Of a stretch of 64,000 nucleotides of DNA, positions 15,091-30,930 are shown in pieces (within the stretch, counting starts at the first letter, position 1; every line of letters begins with the position of its first letter). Under the pieces are notes generated by a model. It did no database searches and was not told the DNA's origin. It saw nothing but the letters and a program-made list of their open reading frames with translations. Made by a program: the position numbers and the translations under genes. This stretch comes from Eledone cirrhosa. Taxonomy: Eukaryota. The DNA is taken from positions 390,352,001-390,416,000 of the forward strand of contig OZ024740.1 in the NCBI GenBank assembly GCA_964016885.1. Reading direction: 5' to 3'.

Positions 15091-15626
15091 TGGTGGCTGC
15101 CAACTCGTTTTCGAGTACAGCCACTACTTTATATCCATGTAGGAGAATCCCTACTGATGCGCTGAACGAGTGTGACCTTTTAGTCCAGCCAGCGACTTGA
15201 ACACTCTGGTACAAACATTACACTTGCGACAATTATTGACACATAGTGCTGGGCCCATGGTACCATGTGACGACAAGTGCAGAGAGATCTCCAAATATAA
15301 AGCAATGCCTGTGCCGTGAAGATTTTATAGTGAGCAAAGGCACTGCACAAAGCCAGTCCCACTCTCTTAACCAAGATGATGTTTACCAAAAAGAAGAACA
15401 AGTCAACATCATTGGATACCATCAGGGTTGCAGGTGTTATATCAGAGTTTTCCTTCTCCTAGAACTCTCCCTTTGACATGTTTTGTTTTTAGTCCTGCAG
15501 GATGTCCAAAGTCACCCTCCTCACCAAGAAACCTTGGTGGGGTTGCCGGTTTAGTCGCCAACGACCCGACCATGAGACAGGTTGTACTGGGATACATGCT
15601 ACTAGTAGCACCAACTGGTGACCTGA
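15091..15626 (-). mobile_element. Non-autonomous bipartite RTE-derived element (family X), ~72-bp internal deletion
   Basis: Reverse complement of 44009-44616; 5' end abuts (CATA)n. Confidence 0.85.
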
Positions 15627-15729
15627 CATATATACACATACATACATACATACATACATACATACATACATACATACATACATACATACATACATACATA
15701 CATACATACATACATACATACATACATAA

Positions 15730-15786
<57 letters not shown>

Positions 15787-15839
15787 CAAACATACATATA
15801 TATAGATACACACATATATACATATATATACATACATAT

Positions 15840-15926
<87 letters not shown>

Positions 15927-16013
15927 TATACATACATATAAATACATAAACATACACACATACATACAAATATATATAACACATATATACACATACATAC
16001 AAATATATATATG

Positions 16014-16094
<81 letters not shown>

Positions 16095-16192
16095 GTGTAT
16101 ATATATATATTTGTATGTATGTGTATATATGTGTTATATATATGTGTATGTATGTGTGTATGTTTATGTATATAGATGTATGTATATATATG

Positions 16193-16244
<52 letters not shown>

Positions 16245-16449
16245 AACATAAATTATCGAGATTCGCATTTCGGCCCACGAAATAACGAAAAACAACCTAC
16301 GAGATGTGAGGCAAGTGCTCAATGGTTCAGATGAACCAGAGCTATAACAAACGTTAAACGCCAAACAGACTGAGACGATGTTTAAACAATAATTCGCATA
16401 GCCAAAAAAACGATCAAGTAATTATCAAGTATATATATATATATATATA

Positions 16450-16751
16450 TTGGTAAACGGAATAGAAAATGCTGACAAATTGTTCACAGTTGAAAAATGG
16501 TTTAATTAGGAATAAAAGAGTATTAGTGATTGTATGGGTTAGTATTCAGTTGTGGTTTTGACTACTGGCAGGATCAACCAGGTAGTCAAAACTTAAAAAC
16601 TTAAAACCACAACTGAATACTAACCCATACAATCACTAATACTCTTTTATTCCTAATTAAACCATTTTTCAACTGTGAACAATTTGTCAGCATTTTCTAT
16701 TCCGTTTACCAATATATAATAACTTGTGTGTTACACCTCTATTCTTTTAAC

Positions 16752-16752
<1 letters not shown>
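16450..16752. mobile_element. Second fold-back copy of the 9243 family
   Basis: ~110-bp inverted arms matching the 9.3-9.7 kb element, different centre, (TA)n flanks. Confidence 0.8.
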
Positions 16753-16782
<30 letters not shown>

Positions 16783-16998
16783 GTAAGGTTTTTTTTTACA
16801 AAATGAAAAATAACCGAGGTGTCCTACACGAGTGAAAGTATAAAGAAAAAGAGATGAAATCGAAAATGCAACTGGAGTCTTATTTAAAAAAATATATATA
16901 TATATTTATTTGGTTCCTTTACCGGTTTCGCAGTTCTTCTGTTTTTTAAAAGTAGAGTTGAGATGGAGGGTCTGTGGTTTTTTTCACATCTGTATATT

Positions 16999-17131
<133 letters not shown>

Positions 17132-17278
17132 ATAGAGAGAGAGGAATCAGAAGGTGAGGGAACAAACGGAATAGTATAGAGAGAGAGGAAGGGGGAAGAG
17201 GTAGAAAGTAGAGTGACAAACTGAGATGGAGGGAGGGGTAGAGGTGTAAGGATTCCTTGGTCAGTTTTGATACCAGAC

Positions 17279-17333
<55 letters not shown>

Positions 17334-17341
17334 GTATGTAT

Positions 17342-17372
<31 letters not shown>

Positions 17373-17435
17373 CTGTGTGTGTATGTATGTATGTATGTAT
17401 GTATGTATGTATACATACATACATACATACATACA

Positions 17436-17471
<36 letters not shown>

Positions 17472-17625
17472 TACATATATATAGCAGTAAATAAAAGATT
17501 ATGAGTTCATGCAGTTGACTTATGTTTCGTCCCTATATATATATATATATAGTATTAAGGATACCTCGGTTTGGAAGAAACAATTGTAAGCAACTAATGA
17601 TTTAAACTGAACTTTGATTCATGTA

Positions 17626-18240
<615 letters not shown>

Positions 18241-18799
18241 TATATATATATGATCAATTTAATTCTCTTTAACTCACTACATTCCACGACATAAAGTCTG
18301 CTATCAAAACTGACCAAGGAATCCTTACACCTCTACCCCTCCCTCCATCTCAGTTTGTCACTCTACTTCCTACTTCCTACCTCTTCCCCTTCCTCTCTCT
18401 CTATACTATTCCGTTTGTTCCCTCACCTTCTGATTCCTCTCTCTCTATATTAGTAATTACAATTCCAAATAAATGTTTTTCTCTATATATTAAGAATTAT
18501 TTCAAGAGTAACTTACTATTTTGAAAATTTGGACTGTGAACAACAATTATAATTGAGTGGCATCTATTTGCAGTATAGCAATATAAGGTTGCACTTACCA
18601 ATGAAACGGTCGTAAATACCTGGATAAAATCCTTCTCTTAATGCTTACCTGTGTTTTCTCTTTTATACTTTATACTCCAAGATTGAATGGAATTCTCACA
18701 AACTTGTGGAGTTACCCCTAACCGTACGTTGAAACCATCCATGAAACTGGGTTTCTTAACCAAGAACTGGATCACAATAATCAATTTTTTGCTTCTCTA

Positions 18800-19968
<1,169 letters not shown>

Positions 19969-20075
19969 AAAGTCGATGAATACCTCAACAGGCACTAAGT
20001 ACTTGTAGAAATATGCGAGGTGTTTATAATATCTGTGGTTCGATGGTACTAATTTGAGATACCAGAACAATATAA

Positions 20076-20573
<498 letters not shown>

Positions 20574-20732
20574 ATATTTATGTATATATATATACGAAAA
20601 GTATCAAAAGTATCATGGATCAAAATGTAAAACTTGATATAATTTGGTCATGATTTGATTTCAAACGTAATAATATATATTCAGAATCGTAGGTTTCGAC
20701 ACTGTGGTACATAGCTGACTCTGATATTATAT

Positions 20733-20918
20733 GGATTGGCAGTATCGGTAGAGGGTCGGACGCCATGCTTTGCAGCAAAGAGTTACGGCCCTTTATGCTC
20801 TGAGTTCAAATCCCGCCGAGGTTAACTTTGCCTTTCATCCTTACGGGGTCGATAAAATAAAGTACCAGTAATGCACTGGGATAATTGCTGGCCTTGTGCC
20901 AAAAGTAGAAAAAATTAT
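20733..20918 (+). mobile_element. Family A SINE
   Basis: A/B boxes, body, tail. Confidence 0.85.
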
Positions 20919-20934
20919 TTACACACACAGCACA

Positions 20935-21191
20935 TAAGGAAGGAGACTCCGAGCAGCCACTCAAACCACTAAAATTAGCAACTAAATCTCCCTTAAATCA
21001 CACGTTAAAAAGAACGGATACTTTAGGGGATGTATACAAAACGGCGGATGGCCAAGGCTCGAACGCTTTTAATAGGGGTCTGTGTATGTTATAAATTATC
21101 TACTAAATTTCCCTCAAATCTAACATCCTTAGAAAGGATGGGTTAATGGGAAAATGTAGTCCCTGATACATAAGCAGACTGGTCACAAATG

Positions 21192-21195
<4 letters not shown>
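20935..21195. repeat. Unclassified dispersed repeat; related copies near 7080-7260, 22230-22370, 24660-25230, 33030-33190, 41930-42070, 54085-54310
   Basis: Recurrent motif ctagaaatagcagccaaatctccctcaaatcacaccctac and its reverse complement. Confidence 0.6.
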
Positions 21196-21266
<71 letters not shown>

Positions 21267-21437
21267 TTTACTTCTGCGTTCACAGATTGACTTTTTTAGT
21301 TTCAGAAGATCCCGTTAAGGGTGAAAGCAGCGATTCTTTGCTTAAACTTTAATCTGTTATTTTAATATATATATATATATTCAACTGTGAAAATTCAGAC
21401 AGTTGAAAATTGCAAACTTGACTGTCACTACAGAATA

Positions 21438-21476
21438 TGAACCTGAAGATTGCGAAAGCATGAAAGTACTTGTTCA
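21438..21476 (+). ncRNA. Minimal type I hammerhead motif
   Basis: tgaac-CTGAAGA-t-tgc(gaaa)gca-t-GAAA-gtac-TT-gttca; palindromic AGTACT stem III. Confidence 0.75.
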
Positions 21477-21622
21477 ATTAACACTTAACATTTAATATTC
21501 TACCATACTATTTCATTATAATATCATTATAATTTTAAAGGATTGTAAATAAAACGAGTAAATCAGACAAAGTTTGAATTCCTTTTATTAATATAATCTT
21601 CTATACACAATCATACACACCC

Positions 21623-21722
<100 letters not shown>

Positions 21723-22374
21723 GTTTACTTTGGAGAGAGTTGCAGTGTTACGAAGAAAAATACTTAACACTGTAATAATATTTATTCAAAGCTGAATATC
21801 CGCGAGTTATTTTTTTTAAATTTTCCTATTATCGTCGCTCAGTACAAAAAAAAAAAAAAGATAAAAGAAATTAGTTCATATAAAATCAATTACAGATTAA
21901 AAAAAATAAATATGTGTGTTTACAGAAATAATCATGGTTATCTATTTTTTTTTTTTTGTACGGACCGGTTTTGCTACTGGTTGATTTTCAAAGTTTCATT
22001 TTCAAGGTTACAAAAAATGCGCACTAATTTCTATATGATCGACTAAAGAATGGCAATGCTTCAACAATACTACAGTCTAATGACTGTAACAAAAGAGTAA
22101 AACACAATACAACAGAGATCCAGACGATTGCTTAATGTGCAATGCATTCATACACAGATTGGAGATCAGAATAATAGATGCATTTATATTGTCGCTGCTC
22201 TTTTGTTTCGCACACTGAAGAATCCCGATAGAGTAGACCTATGAATAATGCATTCTAGCTGTTATGTAAACTTTATTGTCTATTTACCCTTATCCAATAC
22301 GCCCTTCACTTTTTTTAAATATGGTAGAGTGTGATTTGGAGATTTCGCTGCTATTTCTAGTAAGTTAATCGACA

Positions 22375-22605
22375 GCGTCGAAGTTCTCTCGCTGGTTTGC
22401 GGTCGTACCCTTGGCAGTGGAGATTTCTGGTGTCCCCGGCCGTAGGGCTACCTCCCTACTCACCACCATAGGCGCTGAGCTGGCCAGCCGCAGGTGTGAG
22501 CCTCGCGAGTTGGAATAGCTCTTCCAGCGCATCTCCCTTACCATCCTCCAGGGAAACGCCTTCTCCATTTTGTCCGGTGGGGCTGTACGGAGGCCATCAA
22601 TATGA
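22375..22605 (+). pseudogene. 3' end of CRE-clade (RLE) non-LTR retrotransposon ORF
   Basis: GC-rich island translating FAVVPLAVEISG..G..A..LL..IG..LA....EPRE.E*LFQRISLTILQGNAFSIL. Confidence 0.75.
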
Positions 22606-23188
22606 TTACTTAACCCTTTCGTTGCCGTATTTCTAATGAGAAACACCAATCACTATTTACATGTACCATTGACTATGAAGTTATATGATGAGGCAAACTT
22701 ACAGATTGACAAATAAAGAGAAAGATAGACAGATAGTCTGTTTGACACAGAAGTCAATAGACAAACTGACACACTGGTAATGAGAGAGACTCGGCTAAAT
22801 AGGTAGCTGTGAACACATACACACCTAAGTTTCTTTGTATGCTTCAAATTCACACGTTGTTTATAACGAACAAAATAAAAAGTACTCAATATAGGGTGTA
22901 AAATATGTTTATTCTATTGATGCCTACTACTGTTATTTTAAGTTACATAATCAGTCTGGATATAACAGAAGGATAACAGTCCAGCATGTCTTTTGGATTG
23001 ATCGAACATTCGTGAAACTGATAATAAGGACATATGCCATCAACTGAATCTCATTCTCTCTCACTCCCTCACTCTCTCTGCCTATCTCTGTATATATATA
23101 TATATATTGGAAAATGTTTGACCCCGACGGCAGTGCTCAAGCTGTTTCGACGGCTATTTCTGTTTTCTGTATATATATATATATATGC

Positions 23189-23219
<31 letters not shown>

Positions 23220-23758
23220 TGTGTGTGCGTGCGTGTGCGTGTAGGGTTAGGGTGAGGGTTAGGTTTTCTGAAAATAAAAAGGCTTTTGCGGAAGGTTCGG
23301 AGGTCAGATTAGTTGATAGTACACGAAAAAAAAAACAAAAAAAAAAAAACGACGGAAAATAATTATTTCCCCCCCAAATTGCGTGAAGAGTGTGGGTCTG
23401 TGGAACTCTGATGGTCTTTCCACCCTTTTCCCCACCCTTCTTTTTGTACAAAGCTAGACGTTTCCTCCTGTGGTTGAGGACTGAAGGTACCCCACCACAC
23501 CCTGTTTTCCGGGAAATAAGTCGATTGCGAGCATGTTGGAGTTCAGGTTAGTTGACAGCACACGAAAAAAACGAAAATAAAAATATATTTCTCATTGAAT
23601 TCAAGAGCAGTGTTCCTTTAATTTCCCCCACCTCATACTACACACATATGTGTCAGTGTCTGTGTGTTTGTGTGCATCCAAAAGGTAAACAAAAACACTA
23701 AATCAAACAACACAGTACAATGAAGTAATTCTTTCTTTATTCTTTTCTCGTTATATAT

Positions 23759-24270
23759 AAATTAGAATTGGTGCTCTGAAATAGCGATATATATATGAAT
23801 GTATATACAGTGTATTTTGCAATACACTGTATGCTTAATTAAAAGCATTTCGAAGACCTTACGCTATTGTTTTAGAGTAGTGACAGTCTCACTTACTTCA
23901 ATTTTCAGCAAACAGGGGAAATAAAGCTGACAGAGCTCTGTTTCGTACTTTTTGGTACTTATCAAAGCTAACTAATCAAAGCTAACTACTCCGCCTGTTT
24001 GCTGAAAATTATGAATGTTGGATTCTTATAGAATTCCAGTAATAATCAGGAACTGATTATACCGAGCGGTTTCCGGTCAAGCAAAAATTGAAAATTAGAA
24101 TTGGTGCTCTGAAATAGCGATATATATATATGAATGTATATATAGTGTATTGAAAATTGAAGTAAGTGAGACTGTCACTACTCTAAAACAATAGCGTAAG
24201 GTCTTCGAAACGCTTTTAATTAAGCATACAGTGTATTGCAAAATACATTATATATACATTCATATATATA
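23759..24270. mobile_element. Rearranged Penelope-type composite with direct and inverted segments
   Basis: Direct repeat 23759-23818/24092-24150; inverted ~23795-23907/24151-24265; inner inverted repeat 23900-23917/23995-24010. Confidence 0.7.
23925..23969 (-). ncRNA. Hammerhead motif, U3-A8 core variant
   Basis: Reverse complement: agct-TTGATAA-gtac(caaaaa)gtac-GAAA-cagagctctg-TC-agct; GUC site, palindromic stem III. Confidence 0.8.
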
Positions 24271-24343
24271 TATATTTATGTATGTGTGTGTGTGTGTGCG
24301 TGTGGCATATGTATACACACACACACACACATATATATATGTA

Positions 24344-24375
<32 letters not shown>

Positions 24376-24826
24376 CTCCAAACAAACAAATATGCATATA
24401 CGTAATCAGGTAGGTAGATAAAGAGATCGGTAGATAGATAGATAGATAGACAGGAAAATGGACAAATCAATAGACCGAGAAGCGGAATGATTGATAGACT
24501 GACTGGTATATAATATTTCAGTAGGAGTGAGAACGAGACATAGATGACAAATAAGTGGCCCAAATCGGAAGATAATGATAAGTCGAAGGACTGGAACATC
24601 GTTGGTATCAATCATCTAAGTAGATTATAAAAACACAAAGGTGAAAATAATAAGAAGCATGCGACACTTTGTCTACATGACGACTCGACCCTAGTAGAAA
24701 TAGCACTCAAATCTATCTTAAATCACACCCTACTGCTTCAAGAAGAGAAGTGTATATCTAACAATGTAGTCTGAGATTACACCCTCACTCACATACACAC
24801 GCATATATATATATATATATATATAA

Positions 24827-24901
<75 letters not shown>

Positions 24902-26249
24902 ATGTGTGTGTGTATAATGTTACAATATAATTGATACACTAGCACAGGAGAACTTCTCTGCAGTAACTCGATTCTGCTAAGAAAGGCAGCACAATTTTCA
25001 AAATCCCACCCTACTATTTAAGAAAGTATATGTTGAATAATGCAGTCTTAGACACTATATGTAATACTAGGTGTAGAAGTCAATGATGAACTCAGCTAAA
25101 AGTAGCAGTCAATTCTCCTTTAGATCTCATGCTACCAACTTGAATAAGGAAAGATATTAAAAAAAGATGGTATAGTCATAGCTGAATAACCTTTGATTAT
25201 ATGCCTACTCCATTAGGGTTGGCATCAAATGAAACAACGTCATAAATATATATGACTTGGTTGTATAGTAGATAAAACTACAACTACTCTAGAGGTTCGC
25301 AGTCGACAGCTTGTCCACTGTTAATTTGACGTATTGTCTCTTCATTTCAACCATATCTATGACATGTATAAAAGGTGTATCAAATCGTATGACGTTATTG
25401 ATGTTTTTAAAGAACAATTATTATTTTTGACAAGATAAATTTAGGGTTAAGGGGGAGCTGACACTGATTGAGTAACCAGGAAGAGATGAACAGCACCAAT
25501 GAACTTTTATTTTTTTTGTGTGTGGAAGGAAGTTATCTTCAGATTGGAGACTTCAACCGAATGCTTCAAATAGCGTGTATCTGCTGAGGCAAAAAAAAAA
25601 AAAAAAAAAAAATCAGGTGGTGGTGTTAAACAGGAAAACGGATTAAGTCAGTTATCCAAGAATTCGGAACACAAAGAGCCGGAAAAAATATCGCAAGTCC
25701 GACGGCCTAACAATTCCGACAAGCCACTGTTCTGCATTGTTAATTTATTTCCTAAACTCCGAAAAAATGAAAGGCAAAGTTGACCTCGGCGGGATTTTAA
25801 CCAGGAGTGAGGTTATCATGCTCAACAGTGTTAATTCATTAAAAATATATATCTCTAAGCTTCTCTGTGGAGGTTTAATGATACTGAAATATGTACTTGT
25901 CAACGCCCAAACTCACCCCACTTCATGCTTCGAGTTCATTCTTTCGAAAGCATTTGAACCAAATCTTCGGTTTTAGGACACCTTCCCTAATCCCTTCAAA
26001 CATTTTCGGAATCTCGGCAAAGGGCCTCCCCTCTTCGACTTAACAGTTAAAAATATATGATTTTGTTTTGCAACTAAAATCCTACTATCATTTTTTAAAA
26101 GAGATTAGTAAGGTGTCGGTTGAGGGAGGCTTGGATATCTGCAGCAGGTGAAATAGTCACACAGCGAGAAACCATTGTTGGCTCTGGTAGAGCTAGAGTA
26201 GAAAATATTCATAAAATAGGGTAGAAAATATTCATAAAATAAATACCAG

Positions 26250-26360
26250 TAATAATTGTTTCTACTTTTGGCACAAGGCCAGCAAATAACCAGTGTATTA
26301 CTGGTACTTTATTTTATCGACCCGGTAAGGATGAAAGGCAAAGTTAACCGTGACGGGATA
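26250..26360 (-). mobile_element. Family A SINE 3' half
   Basis: Body and tail match family A. Confidence 0.75.
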
Positions 26361-26477
26361 ATAATACTTGTTTATTTATACATTTTCCCATTATAGAGTG
26401 GACTTCGTACCGAGTTAAGCTAAAGAATTGTGAATTACTAAAAAACACTTGCGTTAAAACCACTTCCTCCCACTCGT

Positions 26478-26540
<63 letters not shown>

Positions 26541-26545
<5 letters not shown>

Positions 26546-26864
26546 CTCCGTCGGTTACGACGACGAGTGTTCCAGTTGATCCGATCAGATGGAACAGCCT
26601 GTTCGTGAAATTAACATGCAAGTTGCTGAGCATTCCCAAAACACGCATACCTTTAACGTAGTTGTCAGGGAGATTCAGCGTGACACAGAACACGACAAGG
26701 CTGACCCTTCGAATTACTGGTACAACTCATTTTTGCCAGCTGAGTGGACTGGAACAACATGAAATAAAGTGTCTTGCTCTAGGACACAACGCGCCGCGTG
26801 AATCGAACTCACGACCTTAGGATTATGAACCGAATACCCTGATCACAAAGTCATGCGCCTTCAC
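26541..26864 (-). mobile_element. tRNA-derived SINE, family B
   Basis: Minus strand: tRNA-like head with gagttcgattc B box, then gtgtcctagagcaagacactt; 3' end ctcgtcgtcgtaaccgacggag also seen at ~45800. Confidence 0.75.
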
Positions 26865-26950
26865 ATACTTATATACACGAAAAACTATCCAGTCGATACA
26901 TAAACATATTCCCATTCACACACACTCACAATATATATATATATATATAT

Positions 26951-27027
<77 letters not shown>

Positions 27028-28078
27028 TACGCGTATATACTTACGGTAAATATGCTGACGAGTTGGGGTTGCGTATGCAATACACCGATCAATGATTTGT
27101 CAGTCAGTGACGGAGTATATGTAGAACAAGAATAAATGTGAAGTTCTGTGCATTTGTTTAGAAATCCTTTATTAATAAAGCTAAGATACATATTTCAATG
27201 GCGATCACGGCTACGTGATTGTTTGATCATGCAACCGGTTACACATCATCAGACAGCATCTTATGTAATAAGGTTATGCTTCCAAGGCAATTCAATATAA
27301 AGACAAGAGAACGGACAGATATGATATTTTCATTGCCGATGTCCGTTCCCCTGTGTTCTTTGGTTCCACTTTACAGTTGTGCGCATGCATGGAGGTGAAG
27401 TTGAGTGCTTAAATCGAATTACATCATTATTTACTGATCTGTGTAACAATATAGTTCCTAACTGTTGATCGCTTTATGATGTATATGATGATGTGAAGGC
27501 CTCCACTATCAGCAACTCCCGGAAAATCCCTGCACCGTGGGAACTAAAGTACACCTACTTGATCAGTGAACAGACCTAACCTAATATATATACACAGAGG
27601 ACAAACTTTCAACCGAAAGACTAAGAGGATCAAAAGAAGTGTAAACACTCTTGTCTTTCTGCAATACTCTTTATTTCGTAACGAGATTCACCTACGGAAC
27701 CTGAGTTTTCCCCACCTCTCGCATCATCACACGGATAGACAGCTGGTTAATTTACAAGGATACTTGGACCTGCTGGACCGAAGTGACCCATATAAGGTAT
27801 ACTAAACACACCAATTTAGTATACCTGCTGGGAATACAATAACTGAACTCACTATAATTCGTCAACTCTTATCTTTATTTTCCATTTCGGCACCTTTCAT
27901 TTTTTTTTTTTCATTTTTATTTAATTGATTGACTTATTGATTAACCAATTGATTATTAGTTTCTATGCTTCTATTCTATATTTCATGATTGTATCTCAGT
28001 ATTTTCCTAACTGAGTTTATTAGTAAATTGATTAATAAGTTTCTTTACTTGTCTCTCGTACATTATATAGGTCATATA

Positions 28079-28629
28079 TTCTCGGGTCTCGAATAATCGC
28101 CCCCCCCCCTACCGCTTAGCGGTGAATTGGCAGTATCGGTAGACGATCGGACGCCATGCTTTACAGCATAGTTACGCCCCTTTACGTTCTGAGTTCAAAT
28201 CCCGCCAAGGTTAACTTTGCCTTTCATTCTTACGGGGTCGATAAAATAAAGTACCAGTAATGCACTGGGATAATTGCTGGCCTTGTGCCAAAAGTAGAAA
28301 CAATTATTATTTCAGATTTTTTTCACCCCACCCCGCTCTTATTTCACCCCCACACTTATTAAATTTTGCTAATCTATCTCCGACTAAATTTTATTTTAAG
28401 TGGTAGTATTCCTGCGACAATTAATTTTCTTTATATATTGAAAAACATTATAAATGACAAAAAAGTACATTACTAGAAATCATAAACGTTGTAAAATAAA
28501 TAGGATGGGTTGGGGTCTCAATATGTAAACTAAATGACAAATGCTGGTTTTTTTATTTTAAATCAACGGAGACGACCTAGAAAATTTACCGATTTTCCAA
28601 CTCTCCCCGCTTATTCCAACTCCCGAGAG
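28079..28629. mobile_element. TA-flanked MITE interrupted by a family A SINE (28117-28310, +)
   Basis: ta-ttctcgggtctcgaataa ... ttattccaactcccgagag-ta. Confidence 0.55.
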
Positions 28630-28976
28630 TACTTCATATAATTGGATACGACTTAATTTTGAATTCATAACTTTCAAGTGTTAATCGTTAATAATGAATA
28701 TTTAATGTTTAATGTTGAAGCCAAATTTTTAACATTAATTTGTACATCTCATTTATTTTTAATTGTTAATTGTTAATTCTGAATTTTGGATTTTCATATG
28801 GAATTCCAATTACTAAACCGTAGCATTAATTTAACTATTTACTTATAATGATAGGTGAATTAAACAGTAATTCACTCATCAATATAAGCTTTGTCAGCGT
28901 CATAACATGCTTTATCCTGCAAAAAACACACAAAAACAATGGTTGTAGGCGGGGAGATGCCACTGGAATTCTAATT

Positions 28977-28977
<1 letters not shown>

Positions 28978-29030
<53 letters not shown>

Positions 29031-29031
29031 G

Positions 29032-29065
<34 letters not shown>

Positions 29066-29761
29066 GTGAAGGTCTTGGGGGCGGAGTCCTCAAACACTCC
29101 TTCCAGCGAGTCCTGTCAGAAGCAACCGTCTTCAACTGATCCAGCTGGAACTCCAAGCGAGACCAGCTGAGCTCATGGATGTTATTCAATCATCTTGCTC
29201 GGGGTCTAACCCATAGTAAGGGAGATGTGATTTCTCATTCGGAGAAGTAGCGATTCTTCTTGGAGTGACTCTCTGATTTCCGAGCTACGCATTCTATCGA
29301 GTAACGTTACTCCAATAACCCTTCGGAGGAACCATATTTCAGCCCCTTGTATTCGCGATCGTATACTTTCGGTTATTATCCAAGATTCATGACATTAGAT
29401 AAGGCGCATTACTGCAATTCTTGCACTTAATTCAGCCTTTTGCCTTCCATCACTCGTGAAAATGGCCCCGAGATACTTGAACTTCTCCACCTGCTTCAAT
29501 GGAATTCCATTCATATGTAGAGCGCACTGCGCAGGCTTCCTTGAGAGAACGAGTGTCTCAGTTTTCGCAGCCCTCGGCATCAAACCTATCAAGTGCATGT
29601 CGGAGATCACCTTCTGTCGTCTGAATGCCAGTCATGATATCACATGATAACCCAGTTGCGCATGTCAATCCTGATGTCTCTATACGAATGCCCAAGTATT
29701 TGTGTTCGGATAAATGGTGCTAAATGGAAATCATTCAATGTGGGAGTCGGACTCCTTCAAG
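28978..29761 (-). mobile_element. 5'-truncated RTE LINE with (TAG)n tail and 5' inversion
   Basis: LKQVEKFKYLG motif; collinear with 46580-47375 on minus; 29674-29761 matches 46455-46540 on plus. Confidence 0.85.
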
Positions 29762-30140
29762 TAAAACTCTGTGACCGTAATATCTCACCAACTGTGGTAT
29801 GTGAGATAGGCTTGTTTCAGTGGATCTAGCTGCTTGCCGGGAGTGGGAGATAGACATATGGTCTATCAATCAATCACGCCTGCGCACAGATGTAGAGTGG
29901 AACTAACGTTCACAGGAGAACGGACATCGACAATGAAAACATCATATCTGTCCGTTCCCTTGCGTTTACATTGGATTGCCACGGAAATGTAACCTTATTA
30001 CATAAGTTGGTGTCTGGTGATACCGTGTAATCGGTTGCGCAATCGAATCATCACGTAGTCGTGATCGCCATTGGAATATGTACCCCTACTTTATTGATAA
30101 AGGATTTTAAAATATTTACATCGAATTTTGCATTTATCCT

Positions 30141-30205
<65 letters not shown>

Positions 30206-30504
30206 TCCCCCCTCTCTCTCTCTCTATTTATATATATATATATATGTATTTGTGCCTACTTTTATGTATTGATTTATGTACGAATACAAGTATATATGTG
30301 CGAGTGTGATTTGGTGTATGCATTGTTGGTTTCGTGTATTCATAACGAACTAGATATGTGTCAAGCGAAATAGAAGTATCCATTAATCGGTAGGCAAAGA
30401 TTTTAACAGAAAAATCAGTGACTGTCTCTTTCTGAAAGTATTTTGAACACCAGACACATAGAATGAAATACCCTGTCCACAAATACAAAGAAATGGCTGG
30501 AATG

Positions 30505-30793
30505 CAAGGGCCTTGTTTCAGAGGGGTACCAGGGGACAAGCCCCCCCCCCCCCCACACACACACACACTTTTTCAAACATCGATATTCTATTTTTTGTTT
30601 ATTTGATATAATAAATTATTTTTAAGCTTATTTTTTTTTATATCTGAACTTTATTTGAATATATAAAATTTAATTAGCGTAACATTTTATATGATAGGGT
30701 CCGGGATAGGCACCATAAGCAATTTATGCTCCTTTAAGAATCATCAAATGTTGGTTTGTCCCCCTCACATTTTTAAGGCAAACGAGGCCCCTG
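30505..30793. mobile_element. hAT-type MITE
   Basis: TIRs caagggccttgttt/aaacgaggcccctg; perfect 8-bp TSD ctggaatg. Confidence 0.85.
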
Positions 30794-30930
30794 CTGGAAT
30801 GTATTCGAATTCATGGTCTATATTATAAAGTGTACTTGGAATAGGTATATCTTCTCCCAGTGATTCTGTAATATAGACCTCAGGGACATTAATCACACGG
30901 GAAATAGCTGTTACACTAGTGTTAGCGTAA

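Larger units (their letters stand above)
27150..30120. repeat. Diverged inverted repeat pair (~27150-27392 / ~29876-30120)
   Basis: gaacggacagatatgat...gatgtccgttc and flanks recur in reverse complement; degenerate hammerhead-like core. Confidence 0.75.

Noticed and set aside
23241-23263. Telomeric TTAGGG-like repeats
   Set aside because: Only 3-4 degenerate units; more likely part of an interspersed repeat
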